A DNA stretch of 63,554 nucleotides, the filler included, from Hyphochytrium catenoides (taxonomy: Eukaryota; Protista; Hyphochytriomycota): the NCBI GenBank assembly GCA_900088475.1. It is 15 parts of 15 records of this genome, joined end to end, with 100 filler letters (N's around TTAATTAATTAA, not from the genome) between each part and the next. Parts side by side here need not be neighbours in the genome. Positions count along the whole stretch, not along the records: positions 43,094 to 52,102 come from FLMG01001923.1; positions 52,203 to 54,328 come from FLMG01004653.1; positions 54,429 to 58,248 come from FLMG01001737.1; positions 58,349 to 59,679 come from FLMG01000260.1; positions 59,780 to 62,033 come from FLMG01000075.1; 10 more parts are not named here. One strand, given 5' to 3'. Under the pieces are notes generated by a model. The model was given only the letters and a program-made list of their open reading frames with translations. It was not told where the DNA came from and did no database searches. Below are positions 48,415 to 60,661 of this stretch, in pieces. Numbering within the stretch: position 1 is the stretch's first letter; every line of letters begins with the position of its first letter. Both the position numbers and the translations under genes were made by a program.

Positions 48415-49195
48415 AGAGAGAATGAGTAAGATGAGATAAGGAGTGACAGAACAGCAGAGCGAGAGAAGAGAAGGAGGCTTGACGAGAGAGAGAGAAAGGG
48501 TGGAATCTAGAGAAGTGGTGTTGTTGCCGGTGTCGGGGCCGAAGAGAGAAAGACAAAGAGACAGAGAGAGAAGTTGACAGTGACAATAAGAAGGAGAAGG
48601 AAAGAGCCTGAAGCCTATCTCTTGCGACAAAGAGAGAATGGATACCCCAGGCAGAGAAGGGAGAGAGAGAGAGCCATAGAAAGAAAAGCGAGGGAGAGCA
48701 TCTCCAAGAGAGAGGGAGACAGACTACTATGAAGACGAAGATAGCGAAAGAAATCCAAAGGAAGAGAGAGAGAGCTATAAAGCAAGAAAGGGTGAGCTAC
48801 ATAGCTGGTTGTCTCCCACTCTACGAACGAAGACAGATACACAGAAAGAGAGAAAGAGTGATAGATAGATAGAGAGAGAGAGAAAGAGAGAAAGAGAGAG
48901 ATGGATTGATAGAGTCACTTAGAGAAGGATCAGAAGAGCTCCAGAAAGAGAGAAAGGATCGGGCGGATGGTCTCACCTCTGGTGGAGGCTTTCCATTTTC
49001 TCTCTTCTCTCTCTTTCCTCCCCGCCAATCATCGGAGAGAAGCAAGTCGCCTCCTCCCGTTTTCTCTCTCTTCTCCAAAGAAAGAGACGCTGCTTTTCTC
49101 TTTCCTTGGCCTGCCGTTGTACTCAGGAGATCGGTGGCGGTGTCCGTGGCAGAGCTGCAGGAGAGAAAAGGCGGCGGCTCTGTAGCCTGCGTCAT
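44122..49195 (-). CDS. UPF0489 family protein (C5orf22 homolog)
   Basis: Spliced motifs [93 protein letters not shown] at 44124-44122. One exon is probably lost in the gap 45965-46092. Confidence 0.9.
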
Positions 49196-49475
49196 GAGGA
49201 GGTGGTGAAGGAGAAAGAGGGAGTGGCTGGCGCCCGTCTCTCTTCCTCCCTCTCTCTTCTTTTCTAGAGCTTATCTATGCGTTGTGCATCCTGCTCTCTC
49301 CTCCCTTTTCCAGCTCATCTCTCCCTTTCTAGTCTCCATTTCCTCTATATCTTGTCCCTCATCTATCTCGAGAGTGGCTGCTTCAAGAGTCTCCAACCTC
49401 CGTCCAGTCTCTCTCTCTCTCTCTCTCTCTCTGGAATCTGGCTGGCCCTCTCGCTTCTCCTTCCCCTGCCCTCTT

Positions 49476-49535
<60 letters not shown>

Positions 49536-52500
49536 CTTTTTTCTTTCTAATCTCTCTTCTTTCTATGATTGAAAAGATGCGAATCCGTCGTGTTCCATGT
49601 TGTAAAATTTTGCTGACAGACGGACACACACATCGACCACCAGACAGACACACACACGCCGACAACCAGACAGACGGACACATACACACAGACAATCCAC
49701 ACTGAAAAATGGATAACAGTTTCTGCACCTGAGTTTATATCTGAAGCTCGGTCCTTCTTCTCCCTTCGCTCTCAATAGCTGGTGGTTTGGCCTCCTGCCG
49801 CAGCCTTTGTTCTTGGCTTGCTTTTGCATCTCTACTACCTTCCTTCTTCAGCAGCGATGGACCTTGATGATGAGCTCTAAGCTATCCTAGGAACAGATGA
49901 TGGAAAATGGAAGAATTAGAGAAAGACACCAGCAGATAGTTGTTGTTCTTTCTCTTCTTCTTGCAAGAACGAAAGAGAAAGGGTACAGAAAACACCTATT
50001 AAGAACGAAGGAGGATGCAAAATAGCGTTCTCTCCCTCTCTCTCTTTCTTTCACCTTTTCTTTCTCTCTCTCCTTCATCGTTGGGCTTGAAGGTAAGCGC
50101 TTGGAGAGAGAAAGACGCTAGCGAGGTCTTCTTCCTCGCCTTCCATCGGGCTGGCTCCTCAATGCAAAACAACGCAAAAGGAGGTCAAGAGTGTCTTAGG
50201 CGTGAGACGACAGGCGCAGAAGAGAAAGATAGAGATAGAAGATTGATAGAATAGAGACAGTAGATAGAGAGAAAGAGAGAGAGAGAGCTTATGACCGTCC
50301 AGGAGACTGACAGTGCGTACTAATAGCTACGGAACCGATAGAGAAAGGGTACCCCCCTTCCCTCTCTGTTTGCATAATGTGTACATTTCGTTTTTTTCTC
50401 TCGCAGGCGCGCTCTTCTCTTCCTTCTGTCTGCATCTTTCTTTGTTCTCTCCTCTTTATCATCCCTCGCCCTTGTCTCTTCAAAAAGTCGGGGGCGGAGA
50501 CCCCAACAGATAAACAACGTGGCAGCCAGGCCAGGGCAACTATTTCGAGAGAGAATGACGCAGTCAGTCAGATTTGAAAGAGGGAGAGGGTACAGAGAGA
50601 GAGAGAGAGAACTGTTGAAAATCAAACTTTTCTCTCACGTTCTTTCATCTGAACCTTTGTGGTTGTTCTTTTACTTCGGCCTTATTATCTAGGATTTTAG
50701 GAAAGGAAGAGTTCTAGACTTAGAGAAAAAAGTATTGAGTTGCGCTTTCAGAGAGTCAAACCTTAGACCCTTAGATACGTAGTAGCATGAGTAAGGCTAG
50801 TAGCATGTTTCGATAGAAGTAGAAAGTAGAGTTGGACCGGTCAGAAGAAGCGTCACCAGGCACGCGCTTTTGATCTGGTCGTAAAGAGTAGCTTAGCTAT
50901 AGTTTATCTTAGTAGTGAGAAGATTAGAGTCGTAACGTTACGACTCTGTAAGGAAGACACTAGAGTAGAAGGTAGTATAGATCATAGTTAAAGTTAGGGT
51001 AGAGCAGAAGAGCGATAGCTTCTAGAGCTAAGATGAGCCGAGCTTTTTGCCGACTTGTCAGTGGTGAATTGATTCTGCAATTTGCCAAGCACCAGAAAAC
51101 TCAGCCAGCCAACCTGCTAAAGCGTCTTTAGCTGAACGGACCTTCATAACAGCTTTACCGCTGTATTAGCTCTTTGGCCTGTCTGTGAGGTGATCCGCTG
51201 TTCCTCGTAAGTTCCTCTGTTAGCGCGCCGGTTGGTACGTCGTGACCGGACTGCTCTCAACAAGAACAGGATGAGACGAGTAGTGTGGTGAGGATGACAA
51301 AGAGGACAGAGCATCATCACGAGACTGTTTATGTCTGGTATGTTTTTGAAAGGACGAGGCATTAGAAGAGGAGAGAAGGAGAAGAAAAGAGAAAGAAGAG
51401 AGAATGTGTGTGAGAGAGAGAGCGGGAGAGAGCGAGCGAGCGAGCGAGAGAGAGAGAGAGAGAAAACAAGAGAGAGAGAAGGAAACGAAGAGAGAGAGAG
51501 CGGGCGCTCTATTTGGTTCCTAACTACCAAAAAGCCACTACTGTTATGACCCGGCCATAGGACCCAAAGATATGCCGCTGTAGGGAGAGATTGCCGCCAG
51601 AAGAAAAGACTTCTTACCTGAAGGAATTCCACATTCCTCCAGGCGCTGTCCTGTTTCTTGTAACGCCTGTTCATGGTTCCAAACAGTACTGTCTCACTTC
51701 TGTTTTGATTAGTTTTCAATAAAACCTTATTAAACGCTAATAAAGAAAAGGGGCGCTTGGCATGGTCCTCCCATCATACTTGCTTTTCCCTGTCTACCCT
51801 TTTATTGGAAAGGCAGTAGGTCACATTTTATTGATAAAAAAAGCAATAAAAGAAAGAATCAAAGGCTGTTTGCCTCTCTATGATGCTCGATCTTGACTCT
51901 CTTCTCCTTCTCTTTCTTTCTCCTCTCTCTCTTCTCTCTCTTCTCTTCTTCTCTCCCCTCTTCTTCTCCTCTCTCTCTTCTCTCTCTTCTCTTCTCTTCT
52001 TCTCTCCCCTCTCTTCTCCTTTCTGTCTTCGATTTCTTTTCTTTCTCTCCTCTCTATCTGTCTTCACTTTCGTTTCTCTCCTCTCCTCTCCTCTCCTCTC
52101 CTNNNNNNNNNNNNNNNNNNNNNNNNNNNNNNNNNNNNNNNNNNNNTTAATTAATTAANNNNNNNNNNNNNNNNNNNNNNNNNNNNNNNNNNNNNNNNNN
52201 NNAAAGAAATGTGGGGTCCATGGAACCGCCTTAAGTGGCGGACATCGGCGTCATCGGCCGAACCTTCCGCATTGTCAAAGCTTCAAAATTCTTTTGTTCT
52301 CTGTCTGGCAGTTCCATCTAAGAGGTTCTGCAGACTGCAGAGATCTATGCCTAATCATTAGACAACGTGTCCAGTTCAATACATTGCTACTTGTCTCTCT
52401 CTGCCGATCGACTCCGTTCTGACAGACGAGAGCACAGCTATAAGATCTTCACAATTCTCTACATTTATAGCTGAGTTCTTCAGACCTGCTGAGCTCTAAC

Positions 52501-52709
52501 CAGCTCAAGCTATCCCTTCTCCCATCCTTGCGCGGTCATTGGTCCCTCGTGGGAAGCACCTGTAGCGCTGATAGTTTGGGACCGAAAGGACTTTCTTCCT
52601 AGAGCAAGCCTTGAGATGAACTGACTTGGGAGAGACAACACTGAGAGAGAGAAAGAGAGACGGGGTACCGAAGCTGCCTGCTCTCGGTCTCTCCTCGTGA
52701 CAAAGTGCA

Positions 52710-54013
52710 ATGGAAGCCGCTTTCCTTGCTAGTCCCGCGCATCAGCGATGGGAGAAGTTCACTCAGGCGTTAAGGAACTCGGCGGCCGGCGGCAGCCGCG
52801 AGATGAAAGCTCTGTTAAGTCTCGACCGCCTTCCTCGACACTCCTCCGTCCCTCTGGACATCGATCACTCTTCGTCTTCACTCTTTGAGAGACAGAGCGG
52901 TGACAATGGAGAGGTGGATAAGGAGAAGCAGCTCTGGCGACAGCGGAAAGTCTGTCAGTTCGCAGAGAGACAGGCCAGAGCTCCTCTTGAGCCCTCCTAT
53001 ACCGATCTCTTGCTAGAGAAGAGACTAGAGAGAGAGCTCAAAAAGAGAGAAGACCAAGCGCTAGGGGCTGGCGCCTACGTGAACAATGAGTACGACTCTC
53101 CTCCTGAAGACGCCGATGAGCGCGTTGTGGAGGCCATGGAAAAGGCTTATCTACGGATGCTGGAGATGAACCCTACGCAACTGTATGAGAGGAGAAAGAG
53201 GCGGAGAGAGCTCAGAGGAGCTGAAGGAGTAGATGCAGCAGCAGAGTATGCGAAGAAGTTTGATCTGAGCGGAGATGAAGAGGAGGAAAGAAGAGAGATT
53301 GAGGTGTGAAAATTTGCGTCGGCCTCTTGTTTCCTTGTGTCTTGCCCTATGAGGGCTCCCTTTGTCTCTCTCTCTCTTTATCCGCTCTGTCTTTCTATCT
53401 CTTGTGAGCCCTGTGAGTCCTAATCTCTCTCTCTTGCATTGATTCCCAGATCCTTACCCGCGATTAAACTGACGTTTCTCTCTCTTTCTCTCTCTTTCTC
53501 TCTCTGTTGTGCTCTTTCCTTTCCCTCTTTCTCTCTCTCTTTTGCTCTCTCCCTTTTGTTCTCTCTCTCTCTCTCCTCTCTCTGGCTCTCTCTCTCTCAC
53601 TTTCCTGTCCTGCACCTTAAACCTCTCCCAGGTCTCTTCTTCTATATCATCTTCCTCAATGTACAACTCTGTCTATGAGTCGTTGGGCTTCCTGCCTCCT
53701 TTCAAACAGAGGAGCAGGGGTCACCGTGACTTGTTGGAGTTTGTATGGGCTGCCGGGGAAGAAAGAGAGACGGCGGTGAAGAGACAGATGGAGAAACATG
53801 CCAGAGATGAACTGAAAGAGGCGAGAGTAAGGGTTGTGGGGCCCATGGCTACAGCTGAAGACATTGAGGTATTCCTCTCTTGACCCTTTCCCTTCTTACA
53901 TCTAGTTTGTAGGCAGAGGCTGAAAGGGTATAGTCTGTTTCTCTCGCTCTCGCTGGTTCGTTTCTCTCTCGTCTTACACCATTCTCTTTGTCGGTTCATT
54001 TCCCTCTACTCTT

Positions 54014-54054
<41 letters not shown>

Positions 54055-54328
54055 TCCTTCCTTTTCTTCTGAACTCGTTTGCACGTCCAGGATGAGGCTA
54101 CAGGGAAGGTGCGTCAAGAGGAAGTCGAGCTCTTTTTGAAGCTCAGAAGAGAGAGGAGGCAGAAGGCAAGAAGAAGAAGAGCTCAGGAAGTTGCTCTAGA
54201 GAACGTCATGGCAAGGAAACGCTTAGAAAACGAGGAAGAAAGAGGAGAAACTTCCTCTGCTTTACCCTTTGAAGTCGAAGTGGAGGCAGAAGAGAGAAAG
54301 GTCCTACGTGGCTGGTCTAGAGCAAGAG
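52710..54328 (+). CDS. Unidentified charged/coiled-coil protein, three exons, 3' truncated
   Basis: 199-codon ORF ending at a GTGTGA donor (~53304). In-phase exons ~53632-53869 and 54091-54328 have AG/GT sites. No family recognised. Confidence 0.65.
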
Positions 54329-55876
54329 NNNNNNNNNNNNNNNNNNNNNNNNNNNNNNNNNNNNNNNNNNNNTTAATTAATTAANNNNNNNNNNNNNNNN
54401 NNNNNNNNNNNNNNNNNNNNNNNNNNNNAAAGAGAGATGTGTCATGATGATTGTCTTTCTCTCGCTCCCTCTCACTCGCTTTCTCTCTCTTTGCGAGCTA
54501 GCTACTTTGTATAGATCCTGCTTATATAGCATATATATATGACAATGGTTACCACGGTAGTAATAACGATGACCATGTCAAAGAACGAAAGAGAAGAGAA
54601 GAGAAGAAGGGACAGAAAGAAAGAAAGAGAGTAAGAAAGAAAGAGAGAGAGACAGACAGAGGTAGAGATAGAGAAAAGAACTAGCTTTTTTTCTTAGCCT
54701 CTCTCCTTCGGCGCCGATGAGAAATAACATTGAACTTGACTTTGGGTCGTCGTAGCTTCTACTGTTGATGTTGGGGAACTGTCGGCTCACTTTGCTTTCT
54801 CTCTCTCTCTCTCTCTCCCCTCTCTCACTCTCGTTCTCCCCCTCTCTCCCCCTCTCTCTCTCTTTCTCTGTGTCTCTCTGTCTCTCTCTGTCTCTCTGTC
54901 TTACCCTCTCTCTCTCTGTCTGTCTCTCTCTCTCTGTCTCGCTCCCACTCTCTTTCTCTCCTGTTTGTTGCTCCAACCATTCTGTTTCTTTCTTGTTCTC
55001 AATCTCGGCAAGCCTTGACGTTGTTCCATCTCCTCTATTCTATATCTCTCGCTTTTGTTTCTTCGTTCTCTCTCTTGCCCTGTCTGTCTCTGTCTTTCTT
55101 CTCTCCCTAGCTCTTTCTTGCCCTTTCCACCTTCTGTCTTGCCTGCTGACTCTCTCTCTCTTTTCTCTCTCTCTCTGTCTCTCTATTTTATTTGTTACTT
55201 TTTCTATGGGGAGAGAGATGCACACTCTTCCTCTCACGTCTGCTGCCTCTACTCTACTAGTTCTTTCTCTGCTGCTGTTTTTCTTCTTGTGTCTCTTTTG
55301 CAGGTTCCATTTTCTATATCGTTTCCTCTCTACTTTGCTTTCTTTCTTGTCTACTCCCTGTCTGTCTTCCTGACAGTAGTAGACATCTTTCACTCTCTCT
55401 CAACTCCTCTCCCACATATCCCTTCTCTCTCTCTCTCTCACAATTTTCCATTCCTTCTCTCCTCTCGCCATCTCTTCTCTCTGGCCATCTCTCTCTCTCT
55501 CTCTTTCTCATCGTAACTTTTCTCTTCTTCTGCCATGGTTTCCCTGATTATTATTGGAAGAGCCAGGACAGATGAGAATGGAAAGAAAGGGAGGGAAGGG
55601 AGAGAGGAGAAAGAAACAGCGAAAGAAGAGAAAGCTTGACCTTGGGTGTCACTGTCGTGAAAGAAGTCTTTTTTCCCTCTTTCTTTTGCCCTTTCCTTCT
55701 ATCTCTTCCTCTCTCTCGCCCTCTCTCTCTCCTATGAAAAGACAAGTGGAACCCCGCAAGTAAGAGTCAAACCTTTATCGTATAAGAAGCAAGAGAATGG
55801 TTCTTCCTTCTTCCTCGGCTTTAGATAAAGAGAATGGAAGACTCTTCTTCTCTCTCTCACAAACTTTATGAGGAAA

Positions 55877-55919
<43 letters not shown>

Positions 55920-56374
55920 GGGTATTTATAACAGGAATAATAATTGGCAGGAAAGAAAGAGAGAGAAGAGAGAAATAGAAAGGGTAAGAGAGATAAAGAG
56001 AGGGGAAGGAGAGAAAGGAGATGAAAACATGAAAGGCTAAGAGAGAGACTAAGAGGAGAAGAAGTGGAACAGAGAAACTTACTTTTACGCTGGAAAGAGA
56101 GAGGAAAGGAACCAAATATTTGTCTCTTTCCTCTTTGTGTTGCTGTGGGTTGAGAAGAACGATGTAGTTCTGAGGCAAATCTTCTAGGAAACAAGAAGAA
56201 AGAGAGATTATAAGATTGAAGAAAAGATATCCTCCGCTGCCACTGGGACACCAGGAGAGAAAAGAGCTCTTTGGGGAATCTCCTTCTCTCTCTCTTTCTC
56301 TCTCTCTCCAGTAATGTTCTCTGTGTCTCTCTTTTGCCCTCTCTTTCTTTCTCTCTTTTTCTCCTTTATTGTTC

Positions 56375-56430
<56 letters not shown>

Positions 56431-57169
56431 CCCGAGAAAGGCACTGTAATAGGTCCCCTTCTCTTATTCATTCATTTTCCTAATTACTAGCTAACTCTTT
56501 CTTTTTACTAATAACTAAGAAGAAGGAGAAGACGTAGGAGAAGAAGAAGAGAAAAGAAAAGGAGGACGAGAGCTACTACAAAGCCACCTCTTTTTTGTTG
56601 AGGGGGTAGAACCCGTTTCCTCTCTTTTCTCTTACGTTCTTTCTTTCCCTTTCTTTCTCTCTCCTCTTGCTTCTCTTCTCTCTGTCTTTATTCTTAGAAT
56701 GGTAGTTTCCGAAACTAACGCCCTTTAGAATATATAAGGACAGAACTTGAGGAGCAGAATCTTTGCTCTTTGACTCAATACCGAAACTAAAGAAATATAA
56801 AGGTCACTACCGCTATTATTAGTTTCGATTTAATGGGCGGAGTGGCATCAGTAGTTAGTCGCCATTTAAATGATTTAAGGTCATCCATATTGGGTGGTTA
56901 TAGCCTAAAAGTTGCCTAAGTTCAAAGCGAATAATGGGTTTAACCAAAAAACATTTCCTGTGAAGAAGCGCACTTTGTCCTAGGCATGGGCTATCGGTCC
57001 GTACAAACACAGAAAGCATTGTGCGTTTCTAGTCGATTTAAGCGGTCATGGACTAGAGCGAAGTGAGTCTGGCTTTTATAAAGCAAGCAAATGTGCGCAC
57101 CCATTCAACAATTGTCTCACTATGAGTTTAGACAAAGCGGGTGGTCTCTCTCTCTCTCTCTCCGTCCCT

Positions 57170-57788
57170 CTCTCTCCTCTCCTCTCCTCTCCCTCTCTCT
57201 TTCTTTCTCTCCTCTCCCTCTCTCTTTCTCTCTCTCTCTCTCTCTTTTCTCTATCCTCTCTCCCTCTCTTTCTCTTTTTCTCTTCTCAAGTACTGCGGTC
57301 AGTAGTACACCTTAGGGTTTAACCCTCCTCTCCCTCTCTCTTTCTTTCTCTCCTCTCCCTCTCTCTTTCTTTCTCTCTCTCTCTCTCTTTTCTCTATCCT
57401 CTCTCCCTCTCTCTCTCTTTTTCTCTTCTCAAGGACTGTGGTCAGTAGTACACCTTAGGGTTTAACCCTAACCCTAACCCCTAAGTAGTTAGTAGCGCCC
57501 TCTTTATTAGCCATTGTAAAATCTTCTACTCCGGAGAACTATCTTTTTTCTCTTTCTCTCTGTCTCTCTCTCTCTCTGACTCGGTCCCTTCGAATCGAGC
57601 AATAGGATTCTCACTAGTTCTTTTCTTTCTTTTTCCCGCTGTTTTCTTTATTAGCCATTGTAAAATCTTCTACTCCGGAGAACTATCTTTTTTCTCTTTC
57701 TCTCTGTCTCTCTCTCTCTCTGACTCGGTCCTTTCGAATCGAGCAATAGGATTCTGACTAGTTCTTTTCTTTCTTTTTCCCGCTGTTT
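57170..57788. repeat. Two adjacent tandem duplications (period 143 and 144 bp) with telomere-like TTAGGG/CCCTAA motifs at their junction
   Basis: AGTAGTACACCTTAGGGTTTAACCCT at 57301 and 57444. Units 57501-57644 and 57645-57788 are almost identical. (TAACCC)3 at ~57463-57480. Confidence 0.9.
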
Positions 57789-58348
57789 CTTGTAGAATCT
57801 AACCTCGCAACCTCCTTCTTCAAGACCGGCTCTATGTCCAGTGTTATTCTATTTTAATGACGAAGATGCGGCACCTTGATGCCGTTTCTCTCTCTCTCTC
57901 TCTGCTCTCTCTTTCTCTCTCTCTCTCTTGTTTCCTTTCTTCTTCTCTCTCTCCTGTTGCCTTTCCTTCCCTTTTCTCCTTTCTCTCTCTCTTCCCGGAT
58001 AGCCTCCCTAGAGGTTCCCCCTTTTCTCTTTGTCCTCGTCGTCTGCGTCTTTCTTCTTTTTCAGATCGGAGAGAGAGACTTCTTTCTGTTGTTTCTTTGT
58101 CTTGCCCCTCTCTCTCTTCCCGGACTGCCTCTTCAGAGGTTCCTCTTCCTCTCTGTGCCCTCGTCGGCCGCATCTTCTTTCTTTTTCTTCTTCTGCAGAA
58201 CGGAGAGAGAGAGGGAGAGAAAGTTTATTTCCTCTCTCCCAAAGAACANNNNNNNNNNNNNNNNNNNNNNNNNNNNNNNNNNNNNNNNNNNNTTAATTAA
58301 TTAANNNNNNNNNNNNNNNNNNNNNNNNNNNNNNNNNNNNNNNNNNNN

Positions 58349-58563
58349 GGCGCTGGGGTAGGCGGCGGGGTGGGAGACGGAGATGGAGGAGGCGGCGTCG
58401 GTGTGGGAGGAGGCGGTGAAGGAGGCGGCGAGGTAGGTGCGGTCGTAGGTGCAGAAGGTGGCGCTGAGGACGTGTCCTGGGCGAGTGATGGTGACGAGAG
58501 AAAGAGGAGAGAGAGAGAGAGGATAAGGAGCAGAGGCCCCAGGAAGCACAGACCAGCCCGCAT
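58349..58563 (-). CDS. Secreted/surface Pro-Thr-Ser-rich (mucin/extensin-like) protein, N-terminus only
   Basis: Signal-peptide-like MRAGLCFLGPLLLILSLSLLFLSSPSLA-QD, then PPSAPTTAPTSPPPSPPPPTPTPPPP. Confidence 0.75.
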
Positions 58564-59136
58564 CTCTTTTGGTCCCAGTAGTCCCTTGGGCTGTTTCCTT
58601 CTTCTTGCTCTGAAGCTCTTCCTCTCTCTTTCTCTCTCTGCTGTCTGGCTGCGCTATTCTCTTCTATAGCTCGTCCTTGGACTATCGGCCGCCTTCAAGG
58701 GAGCTTTCTTCCCTCGGTAAAGCGTAGGACTCTTTCCCACTCTCTCCTCTCACACTTTCAGTTTCCTTGACTGTCCAAGGAGCGCCGCAGTCTCTCCTGA
58801 GCCTTGTCAAGCGGCGGCACACTGCTGTCTCTTCTGCCTTTCTCTCCTGCTAATCTTCTTTCTTCCAGAGATCAATGGCTCGCGCGGCCGCTGCCAGTGT
58901 GCTGCTGTACTAGAGAGAGGAGCCCTGGCGGGAGCGTGAGAGAGGAGAAAACCGAGATGGAGAGAGAGAGAGAGAGAGACCAGGAGAGCAAGGAGAGCGA
59001 GAAAAAGGGGAAAGGAAGTCTCTTGAGGAACGCAGTTCTGTCGGCTGTATGTCGCGAAACAAAAGGCTGTGGGCCGCGACACTGGAAGGGAGAGAGAGAG
59101 AGAGAAGAGAGGGAGGCGAAAGAGAGAGAGACCGAG

Positions 59137-59177
<41 letters not shown>

Positions 59178-60629
59178 ACAGAGAGGAGAGAGCGAAAGAA
59201 AGTTAGAGAGAGGAGAGAGAGGGAAGGGAGGAAGCGAAAAGAGCGAGAGAGAAAGCAAGAGAACGGGGAGAGAGAGGAAAAAAGACCTTTGTTGGTGCTG
59301 TTGTGTGGCTTGTGACTGAGTGACAAGGGAACAGAAGGGAGTCAGTCAGAGCAAGGGAGAGAGGAACGTGTGCCAGACAGAGCGTGCAGTGCTAGACAGA
59401 GAAATGGTGAGAGAGGGGATGGTAAGGGAGGAAGGGACAGAAACAGAGAGGGAAACAGAAGGAAAGAGGGCGAGGGAAAGGAGGAGAGAGAGATACATAG
59501 ACGGAGAGGAGACACAGAGACAGAGAGCGAGACACAGAGAGAGAGACACAGAGACAGAGACAGAGACAGAGAGAGAGAGAGAGACAAAAGAGAGAGAGTC
59601 AGCTGGCTGGCTGGGGCGGGTGGGCGGTCGGACTGACTCTCTGGGAATGGGCGGCACAACTTTGGGTGATCGGGAATAGNNNNNNNNNNNNNNNNNNNNN
59701 NNNNNNNNNNNNNNNNNNNNNNNTTAATTAATTAANNNNNNNNNNNNNNNNNNNNNNNNNNNNNNNNNNNNNNNNNNNNACCGAACGATGATGGCTGCCG
59801 AGCGAGCGTGAGAGAGAGTGAGAGAGAGAGAGAGAGTTAGAGAGAGAGAAAGGAGAGAGAGAGAGAGAGAGAGAGAAGGTAAGGGCAAGAGGAATAGCGA
59901 AAGGGAGAGAGAGGACAGCGAGAAAGAGAGATCAGGAGGCAGCTAGACAGAAACCAGTCAAAGAGCGAGTGAGATAAAGTCTATCTGTAGATTCATCGTT
60001 GAGGAGAGAGAGACAGAGAGACGGAGAGAGACAGACAGAGAGAGAAAGCTTGGTGCTGGTGATGGCGGTCTGCTGCTGGTCGTAATGGTCATGGGACGGC
60101 GCTGCCTAACTTGAAGGAGGGACAGGAGAGGGCAACATCCCCACCTCCATTCTGACACGACTAAGATCTATTCAAAGTATTACTACTGCCTCACCAAGCC
60201 ATAATAGCCTTAGTTATTTCCAATAGTTTATGTTCACGCTTTTGGGTGGTGTCTACAGCTCTGGCATTAGCACCTAGTTAATCCTCCTGACTGAGTACAC
60301 TACCCAAGGTTATGTCACTGAAAAGTTTAGGTCAAAGCTGTGATTGGTCCGAATGGCTGCTGTGGTCCAATCAGAGACTGCAATGATCATAATGATCACC
60401 TGATTCTCAATCGCTAATGACCTAATGTTAACCATGAAGATTTAGGTTTCTGTCTAGATAAAATCCTAGACTGGGCTCCTTGTGTTGGATGAAGTGCTGG
60501 CGGGCGGTGACAGGACCAGACAGAGTGATGCTTGAAGTGCTCGAACTGCAACGACCAAAAAGATCTCTCTCTCTCTCTCTCTCTCTGGCTCTCTCTTTCT
60601 CCCTCTCTCTCTCTCTCTCTCTCCCTCTC

Positions 60630-60661
<32 letters not shown>

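Noticed and set aside
8793-49195. Alternative genetic code or non-spliceosomal introns
   Set aside because: Conserved genes splice cleanly with GT/GC-AG, have no in-frame stops, and terminate at TAA, TGA or TAG.
49700-51720. Exon-like pieces on the minus strand (e.g. MNRRYKKQDSAWRNVEFLQ ending at GTAAGA; DSLELIIKVHRC*)
   Set aside because: They could not be joined into a consistent frame or recognised family; left unannotated.
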